Shown here in pieces: positions 27,982-38,157 of a stretch of 64,000 nt of DNA. The position numbers and the translations under genes were made by a program. Positions within the stretch are counted from its first letter, which is position 1, and each line of letters starts with the position of its first letter. Below the pieces are notes generated by a model. That model ran no database searches and was not told where the DNA came from. It saw only the letters and a program-made list of their open reading frames with translations. Source of the DNA: an uncultured Acidobacteriota bacterium (lineage in GTDB: Bacteria > Acidobacteriota > Thermoanaerobaculia > UBA5066 > Gp7-AA6); the NCBI GenBank assembly GCA_963782585.1, contig CAWAKL010000012.1, forward strand, positions 321,537 through 385,536. The letters run 5' to 3'.

Positions 27982-28959
27982 CTACGCTCCGGCCTCTGAC
28001 CGGCGGTTTTCCTCGCGCGCCGGAATGGGCGTCGCATCGGCGTAGACCGGGTGGCACCAATTCCGGAACTCGGGCCGTTTCCCGCGCACGACGTCGAAGT
28101 AGAGATCGCGCAATGCGGCCACGGTCGGACCGAGGCGCCCCGATCCGATCGGCCGGTGGTCGACGCGCGTCACGGCGGCGATCTGGACCCCGGTGCCGCA
28201 GAAGAAGGCCTCGTCGGCGAGCGTGACTTCCGTCCGATCGATGGACCTTTCGACGACGGGCACGCCGAGCACCTTCGAGAGCAGATCCATGACGGAGCGG
28301 CGCGTGATGCCCTCGAGCACGTTGTCCGTGACGGGCGCCGTGATCGCCGTTCCGTTCTTGACGAGGAAGAAGTTCTCCGCCGAACCCTCGGCGACGTGGC
28401 CGTCGTGGTTGAGGACGATCGCCTCGTCGAAGCCGGCGCGCTGCGCGTCGGTCTTCGCGAAGGCGGAGTTGACGTAGGAGCCCGTGATCTTGCCGCGCGC
28501 GGGGATCATGTTGTCGTCCACGCGGCGCCAGGAAGAGATCGTGGCGTGCACGCCTTCCTCGTTCTCGACGTAGCGGCCGTAGGGCATCGCGACGATGGAC
28601 ACTTCCGGCGTCAGGTTGTGCAGGCGCACGCCGATCGACTCGTCCGCGTAGAAGGCGAGCGGCCGCGCATAGCAGTCCTCGCGAAAGAGCTCGGTCCTCA
28701 GAAGCGACAGCAGCGCCTCGGTCAGGTCCGCGACCGAGTAGGGCAGCGTCATGTCGAGCAGCCGCGCCGACTCGAGGAAGCGGCGGAAGTGGTCGTGGGG
28801 CCGGAACACGAAGAGCTCCTGCTCCTCGGTGTTCCAGTAGCCGCGGATTCCGGCGAAGCAGCCGGTCCCGTAGTTCAGAGCGTGCGTCAGGACGCCGACG
28901 CGGGCCTCGGCGTACGGAACGATGCTCCCGTGGAAGAAGGCGTGACGCGGGAGAGGCAT
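27982..28959 (-). CDS. ilvE: Branched-chain amino acid aminotransferase (class IV PLP fold)
   Basis: C-terminal 325 aa of track ORF 27982..29358. Sequence MPLPRHAFFHGSIVPYAEARVGVLTHALNYGTGCFAGIRGY...GKITGSYVNSAFAKTDAQRAGFDEAIVLN..G.VAEGSAENFF.V.NG...TP...LEGITR. Confidence 0.88.
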   Translation of the reverse strand: MPLPRHAFFHGSIVPYAEARVGVLTHALNYGTGCFAGIRGYWNTEEQELFVFRPHDHFRRFLESARLLDMTLPYSVADLTEALLSLLRTELFREDCYARPLAFYADESIGVRLHNLTPEVSIVAMPYGRYVENEEGVHATISSWRRVDDNMIPARGKITGSYVNSAFAKTDAQRAGFDEAIVLNHDGHVAEGSAENFFLVKNGTAITAPVTDNVLEGITRRSVMDLLSKVLGVPVVERSIDRTEVTLADEAFFCGTGVQIAAVTRVDHRPIGSGRLGPTVAALRDLYFDVVRGKRPEFRNWCHPVYADATPIPAREENRRSEAGA

Positions 28960-29002
28960 GGGAGACCTCCTCGAACGCTCGGCGGCGGGTTCAGTCGGCG
29001 CC

Positions 29003-29103
29003 AGTCCACTTTTAGAGTCCATCTCGGGTGTATGCTCCAAGTGGACATCAACATGGACCGGAGCGGGCCGCGAATCAATAGCCACCCAGTCCCGAAGTGG
29101 ACT
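29003..29103. promoter_or_regulatory. Candidate MocR operator: three copies of AAGTGGAC(T) or its complement in the ilvE-mocR divergent intergenic region
   Basis: AGTCCACTT at 29003-29011 (complement orientation), AAGTGGACA at 29039-29047 and AAGTGGACT at 29095-29103. Weaker half-sites occur at 29016-29024 and 29051-29059. Confidence 0.4.
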
Positions 29104-30583
29104 GCGCCGTGACGCCTCAGGCCTTCGTCGGAGCGCTCGGCCGATGGGTGGATGGTGGCGCCGGGGCCCCGGTGTATCGCCGGCTCGCCGGAGCGATCCG
29201 CGCGGCGATCGAGCGCGGCGAAGTCCGACCGGGCGAGCGGCTCCCCTCGGAACGCGCCCTCGCGTCGAAGCTCGCCATCTCCCGCACGACGGTCGTCTCG
29301 GCCTACGAGGACCTGCGCCGCGATCAGACGATCGAGAGCCGCCGCGGCAGCGGAACACGGGTCCGGGGCGCGACGCCGCGTCCCCCGGCGCTGCTGCTTC
29401 GCGAGGACCCCTCGGGCTCGTTTCGTCGCCACCCCGTCTGGCGGAGCTTCACCGAGGGCCCGGGAGGCACGATCGAGTTTCTCGGCGCGCACCTGCCGGC
29501 TCCCGACATCCTCGCGCGGGAAGCCGCACGGATCGACGAGAAGGCGCTCCGCGAGCTCGCGCGCAGCCCCGGCTATCTCCCGATGGGGCTCCCGGCGCTG
29601 CGGCAGGCGATTGCGAAACACCTCGTGGCCTCGGGGCTCGAGACGACGGAGGACCAGGTCCTCGTGACGCACGGGGCGCAGCAGGCGATCGGTCTCGCGG
29701 GCGCGCTGCTGGTCGAGCGCGGCGAAACGGTCGTCGTCGAGGACCCGACGTATCTCGGCTCGATCGACATCTTCGCGGGGCAGGGCGCGCGCCTGGTGAC
29801 CGTGCCCGTCGGCGGCGATGCCGCGTGGATGACCCGGCTGCGCGAGACCGTGGCGCGGACGGCCCCGCGGCTCGTGTACCTGATGCCGACGTTCCAGAAC
29901 CCGACCGGCGCCGTGATGCCGGAGAGCTGCCGGCGCGCGCTCGCGAAGCTGTCACGCGAGCTTCGGCTGCCGATCGTCGAGGACAACACGCTCGCCGATC
30001 TCGCGTTGACCGGCCGTCCGCCCGCCCCGATCGCGGCCTTCGATCGCGAGGCGCCGGTCCTGACGATCGGCTCGCTCTCGAAGCTCTTCTGGGGCGGCCT
30101 GCGCATCGGCTGGATCCGGGCCTCCGAGGAGATCCTCCTGCGCATGACGCGGTTGAAGATCATGGCCGACCTCGGCGGCTCGCTGATCGGCCAGCTCGTC
30201 GCCGTGCGGCTGCTCGCCGAGGCCGAGCGCGTGCGTGCCATCCGGAGGCGCGAAATGCGCGAACGGCTCGAACGGCTCACGAGCCTGCTCTCGAAGCACC
30301 TGCCCGAGTGGAGCTGGATCGAGCCGGCGGGAGGGCTCACCCTCTGGGTCAAGCTTCCGCGGGGGACGCCAGCACGTTCGCCCAGGTCGCCCTGCGCCAC
30401 GGCGTCGCCGTCGTGCCCGGCGCCCTCGCGTCGCCCGGCGGCGGCTGCGGAGACCGCCTCCGCATGCCCTACGTGCTCGAGGCGGGTCCCATGCGCGAGG
30501 GCGTCGAGCGCCTCGCCCGCGCCTGGGATGCCTACGCCGGCGGCGAATCGAAACGCCGGCGAGCGGCGGGAGTTCTCGTTTAG
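29097..30583 (+). CDS. MocR/GabR-type regulator (GntR wHTH fused to aminotransferase class I/II-like domain); apparent 1-nt deletion near the 3' end
   Basis: N-terminal ...LPSERALASKLAISRTTVVSAYEDLRRDQTIESRRGSGTRV. AAT-like domain ...YLMPTFQNPTGAVM...TIGSLSKLFWGGLRIGWI.... After WVKLPRG the conserved C-terminus (ASTFAQVALRHGVAVVPGALASPGGGCGDRLRMPY...) continues in the frame ending at 30583. The switch is at the G5 run 30361-30365. Confidence 0.75.
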
Positions 30584-32489
30584 GCCGCGGCCTTCGCCTT
30601 CGTGCCGCCCCTCAGGTACTCGTCGAGGAACCGGAGGATCGCGCTCCAGCCCTCGATCTGGTTCTTCTTCTTGGTGAAGCCGTGCCCTTCGTCGGGGAAG
30701 ACGACGTACTCGACGGGCACGCCGTTCTTCTTGACCGCCGCCACGATGTCGTCGGACTCGGTGCGGATCACCCGCGGGTCGTTCGCGCCCTGGATGACGA
30801 AGAGGGGCTTGCGGATCTTGTCGGCGTGGAAGAGCGGCGAGGTCTCCTCGAGGAAGGCCCGATCCGCCTGCGGATCGCCGACTTCCTTGTAGAGCGCGGC
30901 GCGCTGCGCTTCCCACCACTTGCGGCATCGACTCGAGCGTGCGCAGCCAGTTGGAGACGCCGAAGATGTCGACGCCGACCGCGAACTCCTCCGGCTTGAA
31001 GGCGAGCGCGGAGAGGACCATGTAGCCGCCGTAGCTTCCGCCGATGATGCCGATGCGGCCGGGATCCACGTAGGGCAGGCTCTGGAGGTACGCCTTGGCG
31101 GCGACACAGTCCCAGAGCGGCTCGCGCCCGTGCTTCTTGTCGTCGGCCGTATAGAACGACTTGCCGTACCCCGAGCTGCCTCGATTGTTGATGCCGAGGA
31201 CGACGTAGCCGTGGTTGACGAGGTATTGGATGTAGGGGCTGTACTGCTGGCGCGTCTGTCCGCCGGGCCCGCCGTGCACCCACACGAGCGCCGGGGCCTT
31301 GGCCTGGGACGTGGCCTGCCAGGGCTTATAGAAAATGTTCGGGATCGGCATCGCGTCGAACGACGGAAAGCGCACGACCTCCGCCTCCACGAGATCCGCC
31401 GGATCGATGGCCTTCGACATCGTGTCGGTCAACCGGAGCGGGGCCTTCGCGCCGAAGGCATAGACGTAGAGGTTGTTGGGGCCGCGGTCCGAGTCGAGCT
31501 GGAAGGCGAGTTTCGTCTCGTCGTTCGACACGCGCACGGCCGAGACCTCTCCGGCCGGAATGCCGTGCAGCGCAACCGGGGCGCCAGTGCGGCCGTCCCA
31601 GACCTTGAGGACCGTCCGGCCGTCCTGATTGACCGCGGACAGCCGGTACTTGCCGTTTCGCGAGAAGAACGTCCAGGCGATGTCCCAGTCGGCCTTCTCG
31701 ACGTCCTCGGATTTTCCGGTCGCGAGCTCGTAGCGCCGGACCCTCATGAACTCCGAGCCGTCGTTCGTCGTGTAATAGAGCCACTTCGAGTCGACGTCGA
31801 AGGCTTCGGGCTCGTACGTGGCCGTGCCCGCGTGTTTCGAGATGAGGGTCATGGTCTTCGAGCTCGCGTTCCAGAGATAGATGTCGCTGTCGGCCGTCGT
31901 ATTTGTCTTCTCGAAGGCGAGCCATTTCCCATCGTCCGAGATGTCACCGAAGTCGTAGCCGACCTCGTCCTTGTAGATCATCGTCCGCGCATAGGTCTTC
32001 GCGTCGTAGCGATAAACGTCGAAGAACCGGGCGTCGCGCTCGTTCGAGGTGACGTAGAACGCTCCGCCATCACGCGTCCACTGCTCGAAGGCCGCCTTGA
32101 GCTTCTCTCCCGGCGTCAGGTCCTTCGTCTCGCCCGCCGGCGTCTGGACGAAGAGGTGGTGGAGCTCATTGCCGCCCTGGTCGTGCGTGAAGAGGAAGCG
32201 GTCGTCGTTCGGGAAGTAGGACACCGAGGTCGTGGTGTCGGTGGATTGCGTCAGCGGAGACGCCGCGCCGCCGGCCGTCGGGACTGTCCAGACGTTGCGG
32301 ACACCGCTTCCATCCGAGGAGAAGAGGAGCTTCGACCCGTCGTGGGAGAAGGACGCCTGCGCTGATCGCCGTCGTGGCCAGAAACTGCTCGATCGAGTAT
32401 TCCTTCGAGGGGCGCCCGGGCGAGGCGGCCTCCGCTATGGCGGCGGCGCCGACGAGCAGGCCGGCGGCGAGTCGAGTCCGAACCTTCAT
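30580..32489 (-). CDS. Prolyl oligopeptidase-family serine peptidase (S9; beta-propeller plus alpha/beta hydrolase), secreted; two apparent 1-nt insertions
   Basis: Three frame segments join into one S9 protein. Segment 1 is MKVRTRLAAGLLVGAAAIAEA...IEQFLATTAISAG (32489 down). Segment 2 is SFSHDGSKLLFSSDGSGVRNVW... through ...GIIGGSYGGYMV...VSNWLRTLESMP (track ORF 29573..32224). Segment 3 is KWWEAQRAALYKEVGDP...PLFVIQGANDPRV...FPDEGHGF (30580..31107). Frame switches are near 32351-32360 and 30922. Confidence 0.8.
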
Positions 32490-32511
32490 TTGAGTCCTCC
32501 GTCGGCGCAGC

Positions 32512-32865
32512 CTATCCGGCGCGCGTGCCGTTGGGAACCGGCCGTTCGGGGACGGCCAGGGCCGGAGTGACGCCGTCGGCGTAACCGAGGTCGAAGAGCA
32601 TGCCTTCCGAGACCTCGCCCAGCATGCGGCGCGGCTCGAGGTTGACGACGAAGAGCGCCTGGCGCCCGACGATCTCGGACGGCTCCGCCCGCTCCTGCTT
32701 CATCCCGGCGAGGATCCGCCGAGTCTGGTCCCCGAAGTCGACGGTGAGGCGGAGGAGCTTGTCGGACTTCGGAACCTCCTCGACGGAAAGGATCGTGCCG
32801 ACACGCACGTCGACGGCTTCGAGCGCGGAGAAGGGGATGAGCGGCTTGATGGGGGCGGGTGTCAT
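32512..32865 (-). CDS. tRNA-binding (OB-fold) domain protein, CsaA/EMAP-like
   Basis: 117-aa ORF. ...VDVRVGTILSVEEVPKSDKLLRLTVDFGDQTRRILAGMK....IVGRQALFVVNLEPRRMLGEVSEGMLF. Confidence 0.8.
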   Translation of the reverse strand: MTPAPIKPLIPFSALEAVDVRVGTILSVEEVPKSDKLLRLTVDFGDQTRRILAGMKQERAEPSEIVGRQALFVVNLEPRRMLGEVSEGMLFDLGYADGVTPALAVPERPVPNGTRAG

Positions 32866-32875
32866 GGACGTCTCC

Positions 32876-34301
32876 TCACGCTTCCTCGGCGACGGCGGCG
32901 CGAATGTCCTCGAGTCCCTGCTCCATGCGTTCGTGATGCGTCCGAAAGGAGAGAACGCAGATGCGGATCGCGAAGCGTCCTCCGACGACGGTTCCGGTCA
33001 GGTAGATGCGCTTGCGCGCGTTGATCCGCTCGAGCAGGCGGCGGTTCTCGCGCTCGAGCGCGGCCTCGTCCAACTCCGGGCCGGACTCTTCGGAACGCGA
33101 GGATCGAGAGCTGGGGCTCGGCCACCATCTCGATCCCGGGGATCTCCTTCAGCCGCTCGGCGGCCCACCGGGCGAGCTCGAGCTTCTCCTCGAGGTTGCG
33201 CCGGAAGGGGCCGATGCCGTGCATGCGGATCGGCAGCCAGATGCGCAGCCCGCGAAAGTCGCGGGACAGCTCGGGAGAGAGGAGGTTGAAGTCGGTCAGG
33301 TCCGCGTCCTCCTGCATCGAGGGCATGTACTCGGCCGACAGCGCGTGCGCGCGCTTCAGCGCCTCGCCGTCACGAACGAGGAGGGCTCCCGTGCCGTAGG
33401 GCAGGAAGAGTCCCTTGTGGGGGTCGAGGACGATCGAGTCCGCGCGCTCGATTCCGGCCAGGATCCGCCGGCCGCTCTCGGTCAGCAGGAAGAACCCGCC
33501 GTAGGCGGCGTCGACGTGGAACCAGAGCTCTTCCCGCGCGGCGACGTCCGCGAGCGCCGGGAGATCGTCGACCGCCCCCGTGTTCGTCGTCCCGGCGTTG
33601 CCGACGAGAAGAAACGGCGTCCAGCCGCTCGAACGGTCCGCGGCGATCGCGGAGGAGAGCGCGTCGAGGCGGATCCGGAATCGCTCGTCGGTCGGAATTT
33701 CGCGTACGCGGTCCTCGGGGAAACCGGCGAGGATCGCGGCCTTCTGGACCGCGTGGTGCGTCTGGTCCGAGACGTAGATCGTGCCCGAAAGGAAGTTCTC
33801 CGGCAACCGTCGGCGGCGGGCGGCGACGAGGGCCGAGAAGGTCGCGAGCGACCCGCCGCTCGTCAGGATGCCGCGCGCCTCTTGCGGAAGTCCCGCGAGG
33901 TCGCAGAACCACCGCACCACGTTTGACTCGAGCTGCGCGAGGCCCGGAGCCGCGGCGAAAACGCCGACGTAGCGGTTGGTCGCGTCGGAGACCAGGTCCG
34001 CGACGGCCGACTGCGGAAGCCCGCCTCCCGGGATGTAGGCGAGGTAGCCCGGCCCCGCGGTGTTGAAGCTCTTCGGGATCACGCGCTCGAAGAGAAAATC
34101 CAGAAGCTCCTCGGCGGGCCGGCCCGTCTCGGGAAGCGGCTCGACGAGCGATCGCGCGAGGGCGATTCCCCCCTGGACGTCTGCCGAGGGCTGCCGGGGA
34201 AGCGAGTCCACGTGGGCCACGACCCGGGCCGCCGCGGCGTCGATGAGGCGCCGAAGCTCGTCTCCGGTCAGCTCCAGCGTGCGATCCTCGGCCGGCGGCA
34301 C
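32876..34301 (-). CDS. Pyridoxal-dependent (group II, aromatic-L-amino-acid/DOPA-type) decarboxylase; apparent 1-nt insertion near the 3' end
   Basis: Track ORF 32862..34301 has ...GILTSGGSLATFSALVAAR...VSDQTHHAVQKAA...HVDAAYGGFF...VLDPHKGLFLPYGTGALL.... After ...QLSILAF the conserved tail (EESGPELDEAALERENRRLLERINARKRIYLTGTVVGGRFAIRICVLSFRTH...) is in the frame of track ORF 32876..33073. The switch is at about 33092. Confidence 0.8.
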
Positions 34302-34331
34302 GGCGTCATTGAATCACTCTCGCGCGCCGGG

Positions 34332-34360
34332 AAAAAAAAGGCCCCGCGCGGGGCGGGGCC
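34332..34360 (-). terminator. Rho-independent terminator after the small secreted-protein gene
   Basis: The - strand reads GGCCCCG-ccccgcg-CGGGGCC followed by T8 (A8 at 34332-34339 on the + strand). It starts 44 nt downstream of the stop codon at 34404. Confidence 0.8.
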
Positions 34361-34403
34361 GGGGAGGGGATCCGAGCGCGGACGTCTTCCGTCCGTGAGT
34401 CTC

Positions 34404-34727
34404 CTATCGGGACTGCCCGTCGTGCTTCTGGTGGTAGATGCCGCGCGAGATGCGGTCCTGCCGCTTCTCGATCCGGTAGCGCTCGCCGCGGGTCAGATCG
34501 CCGTCGCTCCGCAAACGCCGGATGGAGCGGTTGAGACCCGCTTCGCGGCGCTCGAGGCGCGCGGTCTCGCGCGCGGTCAGCTGTCCGTTCGCGACTCCGC
34601 CGGCGATCCGCTGCTGCTGGCGTTCCTGGCGCTGGCCGATGCGTCCGGCTTCGGCGGGCGCCGCGAAGGCCAGAGTCAGGACCGCCGCTGATCCAAGTGT
34701 GAGGACGAAACTCGATTTTCTGTTCAT
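34404..34727 (-). CDS. Small secreted helical protein of unknown function
   Basis: 107-aa ORF with a signal peptide (MNRKSSFVLTLGSAAVLTLAFAAPAEA). Charged, repeat-like helices follow (GQLTARETARLERRE..., GDLTRGERYRIEKRQ...). Has its own terminator. Confidence 0.65.
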   Translation of the reverse strand: MNRKSSFVLTLGSAAVLTLAFAAPAEAGRIGQRQERQQQRIAGGVANGQLTARETARLERREAGLNRSIRRLRSDGDLTRGERYRIEKRQDRISRGIYHQKHDGQSR

Positions 34728-34883
34728 GTATCTTGCCTCCGGAACTTTTGACGATCGCCATGCCGCGCGGTTTACGGGAAAAGGTGGGCGGCCCCCTCGT
34801 CGCCCTCGCGGCGGTGCTGCTCCTGCTTCGCGCGCACCCTCTCATGCGCGCATACGCCGACAAGGTGCTGCACATCGCAATTC

Positions 34884-36797
34884 GTGGTCACCACGGTGGC
34901 GTTGGGGGCCGTCGCGGCGTTTCTTCTCTTGTGGCTCGCCGTACGGCGGCGTCCGAGCGTCGCCGCCGCGGCGCTTGCCGCCGTCGCCCTCGCGATGGTG
35001 GTGCTGTCGGGGAACGCTCCGGCCGCGCTGGCCGCGGCCGCCATCCTCGGTGTCACGGCCCTCCTTGGGGACGGGGTGTTTCGACTGTTGTCGGGCGCGG
35101 AGGCTGGGGACGGCGACCTCCACGCCGTCTTCGCCGTCGGACTCGTGTCGGCGGGCACGCTCGTTCTTCTGCTGGGCGAGGCCGGTGTGCTCAGCCGTAC
35201 AGTGCTGGGCCTTCTTGCCGCCGCGTTCCTGCTCGTGCGCCGGCGCCGAATCGCGGCGCTCGGGAGCGAGGCTCTTCGTTCCGTGCGATGGCCGCTCGGC
35301 GATTCGCTGCGGGGGCTCGAGGCCGGCTGGCTCGCGCTCGCCGCGCTCCTGCTTCTCGCGACATGGGCGGGAGTCCAGGGCCCGGACGTCTCGTGGGACG
35401 GACTCGCGTATCACCTGCCCGAGGCCCGCGACATCGCCGAGTCCGGGCGCGTCCGGGTGCTGGCGGATCTGCACCCGCAATCGCTCCTCTGGCGCGGGCA
35501 CGACGCGTATCTCGCGCTGGGTTTTCTCTTCGGCGGCGAGCGCGTCGTCCAGTTCCTGCAGTGCGGCACGGGCCTCTTCGTGTTCGGTGCGGCGCTCTCT
35601 CTCGCGCGGCGGCTGGGCGCCGGCGGGTCGTCGGCGTTGATCGTTCTGGCCCTCGCCGCGTTTCCGACGGCGATGCTCCAGCTTCGTTCCGCCTATGTCG
35701 ACTGGCCCGCCGCGCTCCTGGTGACCGCGGCCGCGGCGCAGCTCGTGGCTGTACCGGCGACGGGAGGTCGGCTGCGAGCCGCCGGTTTCCTCTTCGGCGG
35801 GGCGGTGACGGTGAAGGTCTTCGCGATTTTTGCCGCTCCGGCCCTTCTGCTGCTCGCGCTGCGATCCCGGCCCGGAGCACTCCGGCTGTCGGCCGCTGTC
35901 CTCTGCGCGCTGCTCCCGCTCGCGCCCTGGATCGCATGGAGCCAGGCGCGCGCCGGCTCTGTCACGGCGCCGTACGCTTCCTCTCCGGGCGAGCTTCTGA
36001 AACGCGTCGCGGGCGGGCACTACTTCACGCGCTCTCCGGCGACGGGAGAAGCCCGGCCGAGCGCCGGTCCGTTCGATCGCGCCGCGAGCTTCGTCCGCCT
36101 CCCGTACGATCTCGTGTTCCACTCGAGCCGCTTCGAGGCCAACGGCGACGGCTACAACGGCCTGCTCGCCCTGCTGCTTCTTCTCGGGCTCGCGGGCTGG
36201 GACGCGCGCCGCAACCTCCTCTTTCTCGCGGCGGCGCTGCCTTTCCTCGTGCCGTGGTCGCTTCTCTACCTGCCGTCCATCCGCTTTCTCTTTCCGGTCT
36301 ACCCGCTTTACGCGGTCTCCACGTGCGAAGGACTGCGCCGGCTCACCGGGAGCTTCGCGGGCGTCGGAGGCCGGGCGGCGGGCCTCGCCGTGCTCGCGGC
36401 GGCCGCGGCGTTTCCGGTGCACTTCGGCTCGAGCGCGCTCTCGTGGAAGGCCGCGTTCGGGCTCGCGACGCGAGGCGAGGTCCTCGCGGAGCGCCTTCCC
36501 TCCCTGGCCTTTGCGGATCGACTCGGGCCCGGGGACCGCGTCGTGTTCGTCGGCGAGAACGACCGGTTCCACTGTCCGGCGAGTCAGGTCTGGCGGGCGG
36601 AGTTCTCGCCGGTGGCCGGCTGGCGAGACGATCCCGAAGCCTGGCGGCGCGGTCTGGACGGCCTCGGCGTCACCGCGGTGGTGTGGCGCTCCGACCGCGC
36701 CCCGTTCGCCGCCCGCGAGGGTCTCGGCGATCGCCTCTCTCACGTCGCAGATAACGGACCGGCGAGGCTCTTCCGGGTCGTTCGGCCGGCTTCGTGA
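34884..36797 (+). CDS. Large polytopic membrane protein, possibly GT-C/ArnT-PMT-like glycosyltransferase
   Basis: 637-aa ORF with at least 12 predicted TM segments. A loop motif WDGLAYHLPEARDIAESG resembles the DE..Y..AR loop of the GT39/GT83 families. The 5' end is uncertain: the frame starting at the ATG at 34760 (MPRGLREKVGGPLVALAAVLLLLRAHPLM...) has coding-like GC3 and may be the true N-terminus, separated by a 1-nt insertion near 34870-34885. Confidence 0.6.
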   Translation: MVTTVALGAVAAFLLLWLAVRRRPSVAAAALAAVALAMVVLSGNAPAALAAAAILGVTALLGDGVFRLLSGAEAGDGDLHAVFAVGLVSAGTLVLLLGEAGVLSRTVLGLLAAAFLLVRRRRIAALGSEALRSVRWPLGDSLRGLEAGWLALAALLLLATWAGVQGPDVSWDGLAYHLPEARDIAESGRVRVLADLHPQSLLWRGHDAYLALGFLFGGERVVQFLQCGTGLFVFGAALSLARRLGAGGSSALIVLALAAFPTAMLQLRSAYVDWPAALLVTAAAAQLVAVPATGGRLRAAGFLFGGAVTVKVFAIFAAPALLLLALRSRPGALRLSAAVLCALLPLAPWIAWSQARAGSVTAPYASSPGELLKRVAGGHYFTRSPATGEARPSAGPFDRAASFVRLPYDLVFHSSRFEANGDGYNGLLALLLLLGLAGWDARRNLLFLAAALPFLVPWSLLYLPSIRFLFPVYPLYAVSTCEGLRRLTGSFAGVGGRAAGLAVLAAAAAFPVHFGSSALSWKAAFGLATRGEVLAERLPSLAFADRLGPGDRVVFVGENDRFHCPASQVWRAEFSPVAGWRDDPEAWRRGLDGLGVTAVVWRSDRAPFAAREGLGDRLSHVADNGPARLFRVVRPAS

Positions 36798-36823
36798 GCA
36801 TTGCAGGACGCGGGTGTCGGAGC

Positions 36824-37273
36824 ATGGACCCGTGGCGGTTCGATCCGACGACGGAGCGTTGCTTCCGGATCGAGAGGGCCTGTAAGATCGGACGCATCGA
36901 GGACGCACGCCTCATCGGCCTTCGCGAGACGACCGGGTCTTCTCCCGGGTCGGGCGACCTGAACGAGTCGCTGGCGCTGCGTGTCGACCCCTCCCGCCGG
37001 GTCCACCTGCGCTTCACTCTCGACCTTCCCGACGCGAACGCTCTCGAAGCTCTCCGCTACGCGCGCCGCGCGATGATCCGCGAGGAGCGCACCCGGGGAC
37101 TCGAATGGGACGAGCCCTCGATGGAGGACCCGACTCTTTCGGGCGCCGAGATCCGCTGGTTTCCGCTGGCCGCGCAGGCGCCGTGGTGCCGAAGGAAGCT
37201 CGACGAGCTCGTGGACCGGGCGAACCGGGCCCTGGTCGAGATCCGTGCGGGGCGAACGCGTTACCGCCGGTAA
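36824..37273 (+). CDS. Small hypothetical protein, tandem paralog A
   Basis: Within track ORF 36794..37273, starting at MDPWRFDP. It shares the block LEALRYARRAMIREERTRGLEWDEPSMED....ELVDRANRA with the next gene. Confidence 0.6.
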   Translation: MDPWRFDPTTERCFRIERACKIGRIEDARLIGLRETTGSSPGSGDLNESLALRVDPSRRVHLRFTLDLPDANALEALRYARRAMIREERTRGLEWDEPSMEDPTLSGAEIRWFPLAAQAPWCRRKLDELVDRANRALVEIRAGRTRYRR

Positions 37274-37391
37274 CGTTTTTCGGGAGGGCCGATCCGGCGT
37301 TCCATCCACGGATCCGCCGAATGCGCACTGTTTCGAGGACTTTACGCCGCGCCTCCGAGGTTGGCCCACGGTTCGCTACTTTTTTGACCAT

Positions 37392-37745
37392 ATGCCCCGT
37401 CTCATCCGGTTCTCCGAGATCGAGGAGTCCGCGGACCCGGCGCCCTTCAACGGGAACTCCGCGGCGCCTCGCCTCGCCGAGTCGACGGTCACGCTCCGTT
37501 GCCGGCTGCTGACGACCGACCAGGACAGTCTGGAAGCTCTTCGCTATGCGCGCCGCGCCATGCTCCGCGAAGAGTGGACGCGGGGCATCGAGGAGGACGA
37601 GCCGTCGCTCGAGGACGCGGTGTTCTCGGCCTTCGAAGTGAGCTGGTCCGTCCGCGCCTCCTCGGCCGGATTCGGCCGCGCGAAAATCACCGAGCTCGTC
37701 GAGCGCGCCAACCGGGCGCGCGGCGAACTTTCCGCCCGCAAGTGA
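37392..37745 (+). CDS. Small hypothetical protein, tandem paralog B
   Basis: Within track ORF 37245..37745, starting at the ATG at 37392 (MPRLIRFSEIEE...). Conserved block LEALRYARRAMLREEWTRGIEEDEPSLED....ELVERANRA. The nucleotide sequence is also visibly similar to paralog A. Confidence 0.6.
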   Translation: MPRLIRFSEIEESADPAPFNGNSAAPRLAESTVTLRCRLLTTDQDSLEALRYARRAMLREEWTRGIEEDEPSLEDAVFSAFEVSWSVRASSAGFGRAKITELVERANRARGELSARK

Positions 37746-37767
37746 GGATCGCCGTACAATCTTCTCG

Positions 37768-38157
37768 ATGAGCGGCCGGAAATTCAGAAATCTCGTCCTC
37801 TTCGCCCTCGTCGCGGGGCTGGCGTGGTGGATCTACAAGGATCGCCCGACGGTCTCGGGCATGATCGACACCATCACGGATCCGCTCCTCGGTTCGCGCG
37901 CCGCGGTGAAGAGCTCGGAGCGCAACCGCGTCGTCGGCGACGCTTCGGCCGCGATCAGTGAGCAGGTCGATTTGCCGGTCGGGTCGCTCCGGGAGGGGAT
38001 GAGCAAGAGGGAAGTCGTCGATCTGCTCGGAAAAGCCGATTCCGAGGAGCCCGAAGTGGTCGATGGCGTGAAGCGCGTCCGCTGGACCTACAGCCGCGCC
38101 CGCCGTGTCCTGACGTTTCAGGAGGAGCGGCTGGTCTCCATCGCCATCACCCGGTAG
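37768..38157 (+). CDS. Membrane-anchored protein with SmpA/OmlA (BamE-like) domain
   Basis: 129-aa ORF. N-terminal TM (FRNLVLFALVAGLAWWIY) and a C-terminal ...GMSKREVVDLLGKADSEE....V.RW.Y.... pattern typical of BamE-like domains. Confidence 0.55.
   Translation: MSGRKFRNLVLFALVAGLAWWIYKDRPTVSGMIDTITDPLLGSRAAVKSSERNRVVGDASAAISEQVDLPVGSLREGMSKREVVDLLGKADSEEPEVVDGVKRVRWTYSRARRVLTFQEERLVSIAITR

Noticed and set aside
37274-37391. The T6 run at 37381-37386 between the two small paralog genes could be an intrinsic terminator.
   Set aside because: I could not draw a convincing GC-rich stem immediately upstream of the T-run.
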